Assembly: GCA_036271455.1 (NCBI GenBank)
Contig: DATBAP010000079.1
Span: forward strand, 4,164 to 68,163
DNA: 64,000 nucleotides
DNA from: Rhizomicrobium sp.
Lineage (GTDB): Bacteria; Pseudomonadota; Alphaproteobacteria; Micropepsales; Micropepsaceae
Reading direction: 5' to 3'
Each line of letters starts with the position of its first letter. Positions within the stretch are counted from its first letter, which is position 1. Positions 39,003 through 47,266 of the stretch are shown here, one piece after another. Both the position numbers and the translations under genes were made by a program. The notes beneath the pieces are model-generated. The model saw only the letters and a list, made by a program, of their open reading frames with translations. It was not told the origin of the DNA and did not search any database.

Positions 39003-40075
39003 GCCGCTTCTTCGCGCTTGAGCAGTTCCTGCTTGCGCGCCACGCCCCAGCGATAGCCGGACAGGCCGCCATCGGTCTTGACCACCCGGTGACAGGGGAT
39101 CGCCACCGCCAGTTGATTGGCGGCACAGGCCTGCGCCACCGCGCGCACCGCTTTGGGCTGGCCGATCTTGCGGGCGATCTCGGCATAGCTTCTGGTCGCT
39201 CCGGCAGGAATCGCGGCCAGCGCTTTCCACACACGCTGCTGAAAAGCGGTGCCGCGAATGTCCAGTGGCAGATCGAGACCTTTCCTGGGATGTTCGACCA
39301 GACCCACCACCCGCGCCACCAGCCTCTCGAACTTGGCATCGCCGCCCACAAGACGCGCCTTGCTGAAACGGTCCTGAAGCTCGCGCAGCAATTTGTCCGG
39401 ATCGTCGCCCAGCAGGATGGCGCAGACGCCCTTGTCGCTCGCGGCCACCAACAGCGCGCCCAGCGAGGTCTTGGCGATGGCGAAACGAATTTCCTCGCCG
39501 CCGCCGCCGGCCTTGTAGCGGCTGGGCGTCATGCCCAGCAGCGATTTGGACTTCTCATAGAAGCGGCTGCCGGAATTATAGCCCGCATCATAGATCGCCT
39601 GGGTGACACTGGCGCCCTCATGCAGCTGCTCGCGCAGCTTCTTGCCGCGATGGGCGGCGGCATAGTCCTTCGGCGTCAATCCCGTCACCGCTTTGAATAC
39701 GCGATGAAAATGATGAGGGCTCAACCCCGCCTTGGCCGCCAGGCTGGCGAGCGAGGGCATGGTCTCGCTGGCGGCGATGCGGCGGGCCGCTTCCGCCACT
39801 TTGGCGGCGTGGGGTGCGGCGTTGCCCAGATCGGGCTTGCAGCGTTTGCAGGCACGGAAACCGGCCGCCCGCGCTTCGGTGGGCGTGGCGTGGAAACCCA
39901 CATTGGCAGGATTGGGCAGGCGGGCGGCGCAAGACGGGCGGCAATAGACGCCGGTGGTCTTGACTGAATAGACGAAGGCGCCATCGCTGGCCTTATCGCG
40001 GAGCTTGATTTTGGCCCAGCGCGAATCGGCTTCGGTGGCCGCTCCCATGGCGGCGCGGATTGGGGAATTTTTCAT
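38999..40075 (-). CDS. ada: Bifunctional Ada regulator / O6-methylguanine-DNA methyltransferase
   Basis: GVYCRPSC and GFRACKRC Zn motifs, AraC HTH, IPCHRV active site. Confidence 0.92.
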   Translation of the reverse strand: MKNSPIRAAMGAATEADSRWAKIKLRDKASDGAFVYSVKTTGVYCRPSCAARLPNPANVGFHATPTEARAAGFRACKRCKPDLGNAAPHAAKVAEAARRIAASETMPSLASLAAKAGLSPHHFHRVFKAVTGLTPKDYAAAHRGKKLREQLHEGASVTQAIYDAGYNSGSRFYEKSKSLLGMTPSRYKAGGGGEEIRFAIAKTSLGALLVAASDKGVCAILLGDDPDKLLRELQDRFSKARLVGGDAKFERLVARVVGLVEHPRKGLDLPLDIRGTAFQQRVWKALAAIPAGATRSYAEIARKIGQPKAVRAVAQACAANQLAVAIPCHRVVKTDGGLSGYRWGVARKQELLKREEAA

Positions 40076-40145
40076 CGTGAGGCACTCCAGATCATCCGCC
40101 TCATCCTGGCGGGAGCGGAGAGCACCCGCACTCCGGCCCTTGCGA

Positions 40146-40499
40146 TCAAATCGGGCCCTGGAATGATGTCCAGGCCAGCAGCACCCAGCCGGCGATAAAA
40201 CATACGCCGCCGACGGGCGTGATCCACACCATCAGATGCGAGCCGGTCAAAGCCAGCACATATAGCGAGCCCGAAAACAGCACGATGCCGGCGAGAAAGG
40301 CGGCCGCCGCCGCCCGTGCTGGCACCAAAGCCGCCAGCGCGATGGCCAGCGCGTGATACATGTGATAGCGCGCGCCGGTCTCAAACACTGAGGCCGCCTC
40401 CAGGCTTACATGCCCCTGCAGACCATGGGCGGCGAACGCCCCCGCGATCACCGCCAGGGCGCCATTGATGGCCGCAATGCTAAGCCAGGTCCGGTTCAT
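40146..40499 (-). CDS. DUF423 small membrane protein
   Basis: GAFAAHGL, YHMYHA, FSGSLY, ITPVGG. Confidence 0.85.
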   Translation of the reverse strand: MNRTWLSIAAINGALAVIAGAFAAHGLQGHVSLEAASVFETGARYHMYHALAIALAALVPARAAAAAFLAGIVLFSGSLYVLALTGSHLMVWITPVGGVCFIAGWVLLAWTSFQGPI

Positions 40500-40545
40500 G
40501 GCGCCATAATAGACAGCGCCGGGCTTGATGCGATAGGGCTTCCTT

Positions 40546-41313
40546 ATGACCGAATTCGCCACCACCACCGATGGCCTTCGCATCGCTTTTGACCGGGTGG
40601 GCGAAGGCCCGCCCGTGGTGCTGGTGCACGGTTTCGGCTCCAGCCGGGTGCAGAATTGGCGCTCCACCGGCTGGTACGGCTCGCTCACCGAAGCGGGCTA
40701 TTCGGTGCTCGCGATCGACTGCCGTGGCCACGGCGAAAGCGACAAACCGCATGACCCGCTGCTTTATCATCATGATCGCATGGCGGAAGACGTGGTCAAT
40801 GTGATGGATTCCGCCGGTATCGCGCATGCACCTTATATCGGCTACTCGATGGGTGGATTGATCGGCTTGCGCTTTGCCGTGCAATTTTCCGACCGCTTGC
40901 CGCGCTTGGTGCTGGGCGGTGTGGGCGAAAACTATCTCACCGGCCCGCGCGTCTCCGATCCCGAGCGGCGCACCATGATCGCCGATGCCATTCTTGCCGA
41001 GGATAAAGACAGCATCACCGATCCCCGCGCGCGCATGTTCCGGGAGTTTGCCGACCAGCCCGGCAAGGACAGACTGGCGCTGGCCGCTTGCATGCGCGCG
41101 ATGTCGCCCCCCTTGCCGCGCGCAATCTTACAAATGCTTGGCTTGCCTATTCTGGTGGTATGCGGGGACCAGGATACCGTGGCGGGCGCCTCCGGCCCAC
41201 TTGCCGCCATATTTCCCCACGGCTCTGCCGCAATCGTGCCTGGGCGCGACCATATGTCGGCGGTGGGCGCGCGTCCCACCCGCCAGGCGGCGATTGATTT
41301 TCTGAAGTGTTGA
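40546..41313 (+). CDS. Alpha/beta hydrolase
   Basis: VHGF, DCRGHGES, GYSMG nucleophile elbow, GDQD, GRDH. Confidence 0.85.
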   Translation: MTEFATTTDGLRIAFDRVGEGPPVVLVHGFGSSRVQNWRSTGWYGSLTEAGYSVLAIDCRGHGESDKPHDPLLYHHDRMAEDVVNVMDSAGIAHAPYIGYSMGGLIGLRFAVQFSDRLPRLVLGGVGENYLTGPRVSDPERRTMIADAILAEDKDSITDPRARMFREFADQPGKDRLALAACMRAMSPPLPRAILQMLGLPILVVCGDQDTVAGASGPLAAIFPHGSAAIVPGRDHMSAVGARPTRQAAIDFLKC

Positions 41314-41583
41314 AACCGTCGGTTGAGGCGGGCGTTCTCTGAATGCGGGTCTGCCCTCTATTCCGCCCGTCTTCGCTGTACTGCGCGTCTATCTGTACAC
41401 GGAGTTATATATCCGTATACGGAGTTATTGTGATGTGCTGTTGCAATATTTTGCCCATGGACCCCGTACGTTTCCGTACTGAAATAAGCATGGGTTTTTG
41501 CTGCCAGACCGCTAAGTTCGTGGGCAGGGGCAAGTTGAATCGCAGGCTTCGGTCTGCGTTGGGACCGGAAGGGGCTGCCGGCC

Positions 41584-42327
41584 ATGTCGAGTGAGGCCGG
41601 CCTGAATTTCATGAATGATGCCGTCTCATCGCGCGCGGAGGTTCGCAACCGCTTGCTGGCCAAATTGTCGCCCGAGGATTGGGTGCTGGTCGCCCCGCAT
41701 CTGGAATCGGTGGCGTTGAAAGAACGCCAAGTGGTGGAAGTGCCCCACAAACCCATCACCCATGTCTATTTCATGGAGACCGGCGTGGTCTCGGTGGTGG
41801 CGGTGAATGAAGAAGACCATCGCATCGAAGTGGGCGTGATCGGCAGGGAAGGCATGACCGGCGTTTCCCTGGTGATGGGTGACGACCGCGCTCAGCATTC
41901 GGCTTATTTGCAGATCGGCGGCAATGGACGGCGCATGCCGGCCGCCGCCTTCATCGAGGCAATGAATCGCAGCGCGTCGTTGCGCAGTCTGATGATGAAA
42001 TCCGCCCAGGCTTTCATGATCCAGACCGCCCATACCGCGCTCGCCAATGGCCGCGCCAAGCTGGAAGAGCGGCTGGCGCGCTGGCTGCTGATGGCGCATG
42101 ACCGGCTGAGCAGCGATGCCGTGCCGCTCACCCATGAATTCCTGGCGGTGATGCTGGGGGTAAGGCGCGCCGGCGTTACCGTGGCGCTTCATTCCTTTGA
42201 GCGTCGCGGCTTGATCTCCACCAGGCGCGGCCAACTCACCTTGGTGGACCGCAAGGGCATCGAGAAAGTGGCAGGCAGTTTTTACGGGATTCCCGAGGCC
42301 GAATTGAAACGGCTCATGGCTGAGTAG
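41584..42327 (+). CDS. Crp/Fnr-family transcriptional regulator
   Basis: NRLLA, GVIGREG, ERLARWLL, LTHEFLAVMLGVRRAGVT HTH. Confidence 0.88.
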   Translation: MSSEAGLNFMNDAVSSRAEVRNRLLAKLSPEDWVLVAPHLESVALKERQVVEVPHKPITHVYFMETGVVSVVAVNEEDHRIEVGVIGREGMTGVSLVMGDDRAQHSAYLQIGGNGRRMPAAAFIEAMNRSASLRSLMMKSAQAFMIQTAHTALANGRAKLEERLARWLLMAHDRLSSDAVPLTHEFLAVMLGVRRAGVTVALHSFERRGLISTRRGQLTLVDRKGIEKVAGSFYGIPEAELKRLMAE

Positions 42328-42370
42328 AATTTCCGAACGCTTTTGCGGCGGGGGCCGTTATAAAGCCCCC

Positions 42371-44839
42371 ATGCTGCCCCCCCTGTTCGAGAACTGGTTC
42401 GCCGCCAAGGGCTGGACGCCCCGGCCGCACCAAATGGCGCTGGTGGAAAGCGCCCGGAACGGCGAAAGCGTGCTGCTGGTGGCGCCCACCGGGGGCGGCA
42501 AGACCTTGGCGGGCTTTCTTCCCAGCCTGATCGATCTGTCCGAACAACCCAAACGCTCGCGGGCCAGGAAGCTCCACACGCTTTACATCTCGCCGCTCAA
42601 GGCGTTGGCGGTGGATGTGGCGCGCAATCTGGAGGCGCCGGTGGCCGAAATGGACCTGCCGGTGACGGTGGAGACCCGTACCGGCGATACCCCGCTGTCG
42701 CGCCGCCAGCGTCAGCGTCATGCGCCGCCTGATTTCCTGCTCACAACGCCGGAGCAATTGGCGCTGCTTCTGGCTCATCCCCGCAGTCCGCAATTGTTCG
42801 AAGGCCTCAAGGCCGTGGTGCTGGATGAGTTGCACGCCCTCTATAATTCCAAGCGCGGCGATCTTCTGGCGCTGGGTTTGGCGCGGCTGGCGCAACTGGC
42901 GCCGCACCACCGCCGGGTGGGCCTTTCGGCCACAGTGGCCGATCCCCAGCCGTTGCAGCGATTCCTGCTGCCCCAGCCGGCCGGCGCCGAGACGCTGGCG
43001 GAGCTGGTGATCGCCAAAGGCGGCGCGAGGCCCCAGATCGCCATCAGCGCTTCGGATTCCTATGTGCCCTGGGCGGGGCATCTGGCGCGTCATGCCATGC
43101 ACGACGTGATGGCGGCGATCGCCGACGCCAAAACAACGTTGATATTCGTCAACACCCGAAGTCAGGCCGAGCGCACCTTCCAGGAATTATGGCGTCTCAA
43201 CGAGAACAACTGGCCGATCGCGTTGCATCACGGCAGCCTGGCGCCTGAGCAGCGCCGCAAAGTGGAAGCGGCGATGGTCAAAGGCAACCTCAAGGCCGTG
43301 GTCTGCACCTCCACACTCGATCTCGGGATCGACTGGGGCGCGGTGGACAAAGTGATCTGTATCGGCGCGCCCAAGGGCGCCGCCCGGTTGGTTCAGCGCA
43401 TCGGCCGCGCCAATCACCGTTTGGACGAACCCAGCGCTGCCCTGCTGGTTCCCGCCAACCGCTTCGAGGTGCTGGAATGCAATGCCGCCCGCGACGCGGT
43501 GCTGGCGGGCGAATTGGATGGCGAGCGGCTAAAGCAGGGCAGCTTGGATGTGCTCTGCCAGCATATCTGGGGCATGGCGGTAGCGGCGCCTTTCGCCGCC
43601 GACGCGCTCTACGAAGAAGTGCGTTCGGCCGCGCCTTATGCGGGCTTGAGCCGGGCCGATTTCGACGCGGCGCTGAATTTCGTCGCCACCGGCGGCTATG
43701 CCCTCAAAAGCTATGACCGCTTCGCGCGGCTGCGGCAGCTTCCGGACGGTCCTTCCAAAAATATGTGGCGGCTGGCGCATCCGCGCCTGGCCCAGGCCTA
43801 TCGGTTGAATGTGGGCGTGATCGTCGAAGACCCGATGATCGAGATCAGGCTTCAGTCGCGTGGCAAGCCCACCGGTGCGGGCGGGCGAAGGCTGGGCCAG
43901 CTTGAGGAATATTTCGTCGAGCAATTGTCGGTGGGCGATACTTTTGTTTTCGCCGGCGATGTGCTGCGTTTCGAAGGGCTGCGCGAGACCGCCGCCTATG
44001 TCACCCGCACCCAGGACCCGGAAGCGGAAATCCCCAGCTACAATGGCGGCAAATTTCCGCTCTCGACCTTTCTGGCCCAGCGTGTGCGGGAAATGGTGTC
44101 GAACCCGGAAAGTTGGCGCCATCTGCCGGAGCCGGTGCAGGAATGGCTCAAGATCCAGGAATGGCGCAGTGTCCTTCCCAAACCCGGGCAATTGCTGGTG
44201 GAGTTTTTTCCGCGCGGGAACCGCCATTATCTGGTCTGCTATCCGTTCGAAGGCAGGCTGGCGCACCAGACTTTGGGCATGCTGCTCACGCGCAGGCTGG
44301 AGCGGGCGCGGGTCAAGCCGCTGGGCTTTATCGCCAATGAATACGCGCTGGCGGTGTGGGCGGCGCGCCCGATGGACCAACTCGATATGGGGAACCTCTT
44401 CGACGAGGATATGCTGGGCGACGATCTCGATTCCTGGCTGGCCGACAGCAATCTCTACAAGCGTACCTTCCGCAACTGCGCCATCATCGCCGGATTGATC
44501 GAGCGCAAGACGATCGGCAGCGAGAAAAGCGGGCGGCAGGTGACTTTCTCCTCCGACCTGATCTATGACGTGCTCCGCGAGCACGAACCGGACCATGTCT
44601 TGCTCAGGGCGACCTATCAGGACGCGGGAACCGGGCTCTTGGATATCGCGCGGCTCTCCGACATGCTGAGGCGCGTCAAGGCGCGAATCGTGACAAGAAA
44701 GCTGGACCGGGTGTCGCCCCTGGCGGTTCCCGCGCTGCTCGAGATTTCGCGCGAGATGGTGGCGCGCGGCGAAGTGGACGAAGAGATATTGCGCGATAAT
44801 GAAGATGCGCTGATTGCGGATGCGATGCGTGTGGACTGA
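42371..44839 (+). CDS. Ligase-associated DNA damage response DEXH helicase (Lhr-core)
   Basis: APTGGGKT, SPLKALA, DELH, SAT, TSTLDLGID, QRIGRANH. Confidence 0.9.
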   Translation: MLPPLFENWFAAKGWTPRPHQMALVESARNGESVLLVAPTGGGKTLAGFLPSLIDLSEQPKRSRARKLHTLYISPLKALAVDVARNLEAPVAEMDLPVTVETRTGDTPLSRRQRQRHAPPDFLLTTPEQLALLLAHPRSPQLFEGLKAVVLDELHALYNSKRGDLLALGLARLAQLAPHHRRVGLSATVADPQPLQRFLLPQPAGAETLAELVIAKGGARPQIAISASDSYVPWAGHLARHAMHDVMAAIADAKTTLIFVNTRSQAERTFQELWRLNENNWPIALHHGSLAPEQRRKVEAAMVKGNLKAVVCTSTLDLGIDWGAVDKVICIGAPKGAARLVQRIGRANHRLDEPSAALLVPANRFEVLECNAARDAVLAGELDGERLKQGSLDVLCQHIWGMAVAAPFAADALYEEVRSAAPYAGLSRADFDAALNFVATGGYALKSYDRFARLRQLPDGPSKNMWRLAHPRLAQAYRLNVGVIVEDPMIEIRLQSRGKPTGAGGRRLGQLEEYFVEQLSVGDTFVFAGDVLRFEGLRETAAYVTRTQDPEAEIPSYNGGKFPLSTFLAQRVREMVSNPESWRHLPEPVQEWLKIQEWRSVLPKPGQLLVEFFPRGNRHYLVCYPFEGRLAHQTLGMLLTRRLERARVKPLGFIANEYALAVWAARPMDQLDMGNLFDEDMLGDDLDSWLADSNLYKRTFRNCAIIAGLIERKTIGSEKSGRQVTFSSDLIYDVLREHEPDHVLLRATYQDAGTGLLDIARLSDMLRRVKARIVTRKLDRVSPLAVPALLEISREMVARGEVDEEILRDNEDALIADAMRVD

Positions 44840-45566
44840 CTTGAGTGTCATCGTCAACGGCGAAACGCTGGTCCTGGACCGGTCCGGCGCGGCCTGGTGG
44901 CCGCGCGTCTCGACCTTGATCGTGGCCGATCTGCATTTCGAGAAGGGTAGTTCCTATGCCCACTTCGGCCAGTTCCTGCCGCCCTACGACACGCGGGCGA
45001 CCCTGTTGCGCATGGCCGAAGTGATTGGCCGCCGCGCGCCCGCGCGTGTGATCGCGCTGGGCGATTCCTTCCACGATCCGTTTGCCGCCGCCAGGCTTCC
45101 CGGGCCGGAACTGGAGATGCTGCAGCGTCTTACCGCGTCCGTGCATATGCTCTGGATCAGGGGCAATCACGATCCCCATCCACCCGCGTCGCTGGGCGGC
45201 GCGGTGATGGCGCAATGGCGTGAGGGCGGATTGCTGTTTCGGCATGAGCCGCTCCCCGATGCCGAGCGTGGTGAAGTGGCGGGCCATCTTCACCCTTGCG
45301 CCAAGGTCGCAAAATATGGCCGTGGCGTGCGCCGGCGCGCCTTCGCCGCCGACGCCAATCGCATCGTCTTGCCCGCCTTCGGCGCCTATGCCGGTGGGCT
45401 GGACGTGGGTGACCCGGCGATCTCCATGCTGTTCGGCGGCCGCTTCCACGCCTTCATGCTGGGCCAGGAACGGGTTTACGCGATTCCGCGTCAGGCCGGA
45501 CGGCGGAACAGGAGCGAGGATATCCAACCCATGGCCATGGCCATCAGGATCGTCGCCAGCCCGTAA
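44829..45566 (+). CDS. pdeM: Ligase-associated metallophosphoesterase/endonuclease PdeM
   Basis: ADLHFEKG, LPPYDT, LGDSFHD, GNHD, GHLHP, PAFG; start codon uncertain (44814-44829). Confidence 0.8.
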   Translation: MWTDLSVIVNGETLVLDRSGAAWWPRVSTLIVADLHFEKGSSYAHFGQFLPPYDTRATLLRMAEVIGRRAPARVIALGDSFHDPFAAARLPGPELEMLQRLTASVHMLWIRGNHDPHPPASLGGAVMAQWREGGLLFRHEPLPDAERGEVAGHLHPCAKVAKYGRGVRRRAFAADANRIVLPAFGAYAGGLDVGDPAISMLFGGRFHAFMLGQERVYAIPRQAGRRNRSEDIQPMAMAIRIVASP

Positions 45567-46249
45567 TCGAATCCCTGATTGTGGGCGAAATTATAAAGCC
45601 GCCGCTCCAGCCCTGTCTGGTCGATGAACAAAGGCGTGGACTGGGCGCTGATCACGGCGCTGCCGCGGAACAGGAAGACCTCCACATTATACTGGCCCCG
45701 CATCACCCCGGCAGGCACCGGCACATGGGCGCGGAACAGCGTGTCGCTGAGAAATTCCACGCCGCCCGGCACTTCGGAATAAAGATGATCCTGGGTGAGA
45801 TGGCGCAACGCCGCCTGGCGGAAGGGTTCATAGTCGTGATGGCTGTGGACGGTGTCGGGCCTCAGGCTCTGCACGCCGATGCCATAGCGCGCCAGCACGG
45901 CGGCGGGAGCGATGGCCGGTAGCGGCCGCGTGCTCGCCAGGAAATAATAGGACGGCATGCCCGACAGGTCGGCGGCATCGTGATTGATCCAGATGCCCGC
46001 CACGCGGTCGCGGCGGCGCACGGTGAGGTCGGCATCGGGTCCCCGCACCACCACCACCACGTCCTTGGGCCCGCGATTGCCGCCTTGATTCTGATTCTGG
46101 CCTTCTACCGCGCCGAACACGACGATGTCGCTGCCGGTATAGTTGGAGGTGATCTGGATCAGATCCTGGCTGACGCCCGAGACCAATTCTTCGGCCTGGA
46201 CCGGCGCCGCTGCCATCAGGCATGCAAGAAACAGCAAGCGCTTCATCAC
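45491..46249 (-). CDS. TIGR02186-family membrane protein
   Basis: IQITSNYTG..VFGA, VRRRDRVAGIWIN, LFRA, C-terminal TM; follows TauE gene. Confidence 0.8.
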   Translation of the reverse strand: MMKRLLFLACLMAAAPVQAEELVSGVSQDLIQITSNYTGSDIVVFGAVEGQNQNQGGNRGPKDVVVVVRGPDADLTVRRRDRVAGIWINHDAADLSGMPSYYFLASTRPLPAIAPAAVLARYGIGVQSLRPDTVHSHHDYEPFRQAALRHLTQDHLYSEVPGGVEFLSDTLFRAHVPVPAGVMRGQYNVEVFLFRGSAVISAQSTPLFIDQTGLERRLYNFAHNQGFDYGLATILMAMAMGWISSLLFRRPA

Positions 46250-47160
46250 ATTCCCGCCAGACTGTAGACATCGGATGGCGTCACCAAGAGCCCCCACAGC
46301 AATCTTGCCGCCACCGCCAGCACCAGAAGCGCCAGCAGCAACCGCAATTGCTCGCCCCTCAGCTTCGCCCCCGCGCGCACGCCGAACTGGGCGCCGATCA
46401 CACCGCCAATCACCAGGATCGCCGCCAGCACGATGTCGACGGCGTAATTGTTGGTCGCCTGCAGGATTGTCGTGATCACCGCCACGCCGATGATTTGCAC
46501 CAGCGAGGTTCCGATCACCACATTGGTGGGCATGCGCAGCAGATAGATCATCGCCGGAACCAGGATGAAGCCGCCGCCGATGCCCATGATCGCGCTCATC
46601 CCCGCTACCAGGAAGCCGATCACCAAAGGCGGGATCACGCTGATATAGAGCCGCGACTGGCGGAAGCGGGCCTTGAAGGGCAGGCCGTGAATCCAGACGT
46701 GATTGACGGGATAGATACGGGCGGGGGCGTTGCCCCGTGCCTGGGCGCGCAATGTCTTGATGCTTTCATCCAGCATGATGCCGCCGATGATGCCCAGCAT
46801 CGGCACATAGGTAAGGGAGACGACCAGGTCCATCTGCCCGGCACGGCGCATGATGGCGAACAACCAGACGCCAGTGCCGGTGCCGAACAAGCCGCCCAGC
46901 ATCATCACCCCCGCCATCTTGAAATCGATGGCGTGCTTTTTCCATTGGGCGATGGCGCCGGACATGGATGAGGCGGTGATGTGGCTGAGCGTGGTGGCGA
47001 CCGCGACGCCGGAGGGAATGCCGTAGAACACCAGAAGCGGCGTCAGCAGGAACCCGCCGCCCACCCCGAAAAGGCCAGAGAGGAACCCCACACCCAGACC
47101 CATGCCCAGAATGACGATCCATTGGACCGACATGTCCGCGATGGGCAGGTAGATTTCCAT
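46246..47160 (-). CDS. TauE/SafE (sulfite exporter) family membrane protein
   Basis: MEIYLPIA, GLFGVGGGFLLTP, MGIGGGFILVP. Confidence 0.88.
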   Translation of the reverse strand: MEIYLPIADMSVQWIVILGMGLGVGFLSGLFGVGGGFLLTPLLVFYGIPSGVAVATTLSHITASSMSGAIAQWKKHAIDFKMAGVMMLGGLFGTGTGVWLFAIMRRAGQMDLVVSLTYVPMLGIIGGIMLDESIKTLRAQARGNAPARIYPVNHVWIHGLPFKARFRQSRLYISVIPPLVIGFLVAGMSAIMGIGGGFILVPAMIYLLRMPTNVVIGTSLVQIIGVAVITTILQATNNYAVDIVLAAILVIGGVIGAQFGVRAGAKLRGEQLRLLLALLVLAVAARLLWGLLVTPSDVYSLAGM

Positions 47161-47266
47161 GAGCCCCGCCAGGGATGAATGAGTCGCGAACCCCTCCGCG
47201 ATAAGGGAATGTGCGCGCCGATGTCCGATGGGTCAACCGCGCATCGCATTGTAAATGGTTGAAAAA

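Noticed and set aside
41391-41430. CRISPR-like repeat
   Set aside because: Only two adjacent imperfect copies with no spacers and no cas genes.
42385-42400. GTTC..GTTC near the Lhr start as an alphaproteobacterial LexA box
   Set aside because: Spacer is 8 nt rather than 7, and it lies inside the coding sequence.
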